From positions 5,961,366 to 6,025,365 of the forward strand of contig MU056050.1 in NCBI GenBank assembly GCA_013239625.1: DNA of 64,000 nt. Reading direction: 5' to 3'. Shown here in pieces: positions 62,525 to 64,000 of the stretch. Both the position numbers and the translations under genes were made by a program. Origin of the DNA: Lama guanicoe (lineage: Eukaryota). The notes under the pieces are model-generated. The model did not search any database and was not told the DNA's origin. It was given only the letters and a program-made list of their open reading frames with translations. Position 1 is the first letter of the stretch, and every line of letters starts with the position of its first letter.

Positions 62525-62745
62525 ACAGTATGGCAGAGCCAAAACACAGGAAATTTCAAATCAGGTGATCAGGGTTCCAGTTTTAGCTGAGCCTTTTACC
62601 AGCTGCATAACATCTGACAAACTGCTTAATCTGAGCCTCCGTTTTCTTTTTTAAATATAAAATAAAGTCACCTACTTCACAACACTGAAAGAAAAATTAT
62701 GAATGTGCAAATTGGTAAAATGAAGTCCTGTACAAATGTGAATTA
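62525..62745 (+). mobile_element. MIR
   Basis: CAGTATGGC...AATCAG...GGGTTCCAG...CTTAATCTGAGCCTCCGTTTTC...CCTACTTCACA. Confidence 0.7.
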
Positions 62746-63647
62746 TTATATGAGGCACCTAGAACAAGTATCTACCTCTGCTTTCTCTCTAGCACGCCCA
62801 CCACGGGCACAAGAAAACCCCACCAGTCACGCTGCTTGCTGAATGCTCATCTCTGAGGCAAAATACAAAACCACTATGAACCTTCAGTGCAGGCATTTGA
62901 CCTCATTACCTGGCAGAAAGTAAGGTCCTAAAACAGTGGGCTCAGGGGAGCTGGTCTCAGGAAGAGGGGAGACAAGAGGAGAATCTTAAAATGCTTTAAG
63001 CTCAGAAGACTTTTAAAGAATAAACACAGGCCAAGGGGAGGGGGCCTAGTGGAGCCACTACACAGAGTTATTAGGCAGAGGGAAGACACAGAAAGGGGAG
63101 GGGTTGAAGCACCAGCTACAAACTTTCTCTCCTTGGCCTGTGTATATCTCAGGGACGTTTGACTTTACAGAATCCATGTGCTGGAGAGTGGGGAGGGAAG
63201 CCTGAGAGCAGGAAACGGACGCCAGGGGAGCTGTACTTAATCATAATAACCATTAGTATTGACTTTGGTGCCATCTTAAAGGAGCCATTTGTTATAAGAA
63301 CCAATAGTCAAAACCCCAAGTCAGCCAGGCTTTGTCTTATGAGCTCTAAAAATAATGGTATTTTGCTGTTCATCTGTTTTAATTTTCCAAATTCAAATGC
63401 AATTTGAGATCAATTCAAAAATTGATCTCTTTCCTCTAAACAAAGAGACGTTAAAAGGAGAAAGGAAGGAAGGACAGACAGACTCGGCTTTTCAGTGTGT
63501 CACATGACAATACCCAAAAAGCAGGAACCCAAGGCAGTAATTATTCCCCTAACTGAAGAAGCATGGAAGGAAAATGGGTGAGAATTATGACCCCACATGA
63601 ACAATACATAAAACCTCTCCAGAGCTTGAGGCTAGCAAATCACTTAC

Positions 63648-63653
63648 CTACAG
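63648..63653 (-). other. Candidate 6-nt microexon (CTGTAG) or recursive splice site of an unidentified minus-strand gene
   Basis: Minus: ccttaac (branch A at 63691) tgtgtgtttcttcttttttacatgtcattgttgaag CTGTAG gtaagtg; no other AG from 63704 to 63656; five YCAY motifs at 63600-63563. Confidence 0.5.
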
Positions 63654-64000
63654 CTTCAACAATGACATGTAAAAAAGAAGAAACACACAGTTAAGGTCAA
63701 TTGGCTCCTAGTTTTTAAGCCATCACCACATCTTCACCAGCCCCACCCAAAGCCATTCTGCACCTCTGGCTGGCAAACGTCTACGCAAAATTAAGAGCTG
63801 TTTGCTCCTTTTCAAGCAGCTTGAAAACAAAGTAGCAATAGTTGAGTGATCTTACAGTTACAAGTTTGGGAAAGGTCAGTAGATTGCTTTCCAGCCAGGC
63901 CTCGTGAGGGTGGACGGAGCTGGTGGCGGGGAGGGGGTGAGTATATGATGTGAAGTTGGAGAAGCAGGTAGAATCTGGGGCACTCCGGGCCTCATGAGCT

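Noticed and set aside
1..64000. CRISPR arrays, operons, prokaryotic defence systems, rRNA, processed pseudogenes, naming the host gene
   Set aside because: The sequence is mammalian repeat-rich DNA with no repeat-spacer arrays, rRNA or recognisable retrocopied mRNA. Six candidate exonic bases are not enough to name a gene.

Overview
This is mammalian non-coding genomic DNA, most likely camelid. Two tRNA-Ala-derived Vic-1-like SINEs are present and I saw no Alu, B1, Bov-tA, PRE-1 or Can-SINE copies. No multi-exon or conventional protein-coding gene can be supported. The supplied ORFs are either chance ORFs or transposon fossils (L1 ORF2, ERVL RT). Much of the window is layered interspersed repeat: L1 (old L1MC/MD-type and younger), L2, MIR, MLT1 LTRs, a degenerate LTR33-flanked ERVL provirus, an LTR16-type solo LTR, and hAT/Tigger DNA transposons, often nested with readable target-site duplications (TSDs). 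The repeat-free stretches look like regulatory sequence. Most L1 sequence is on +, which weakly suggests an intron of a minus-strand gene. The best non-repeat signals are (1) a minus-strand 6-nt microexon or recursive splice site at 63648-63653, with branch point, pyrimidine tract, AG-free zone and a downstream YCAY cluster, and (2) a minus-strand CCAAT/GC/CACCC/TATA promoter-like array at about 15730-15840. Other oddities include a tailless 5'-only L1 insert, an unclassified 298-bp TG..CA insert, and GC-biased substitution patches. I do not see evidence for a new multi-gene system. Repeat subfamily names are from recalled consensus sequences and boundaries are approximate.
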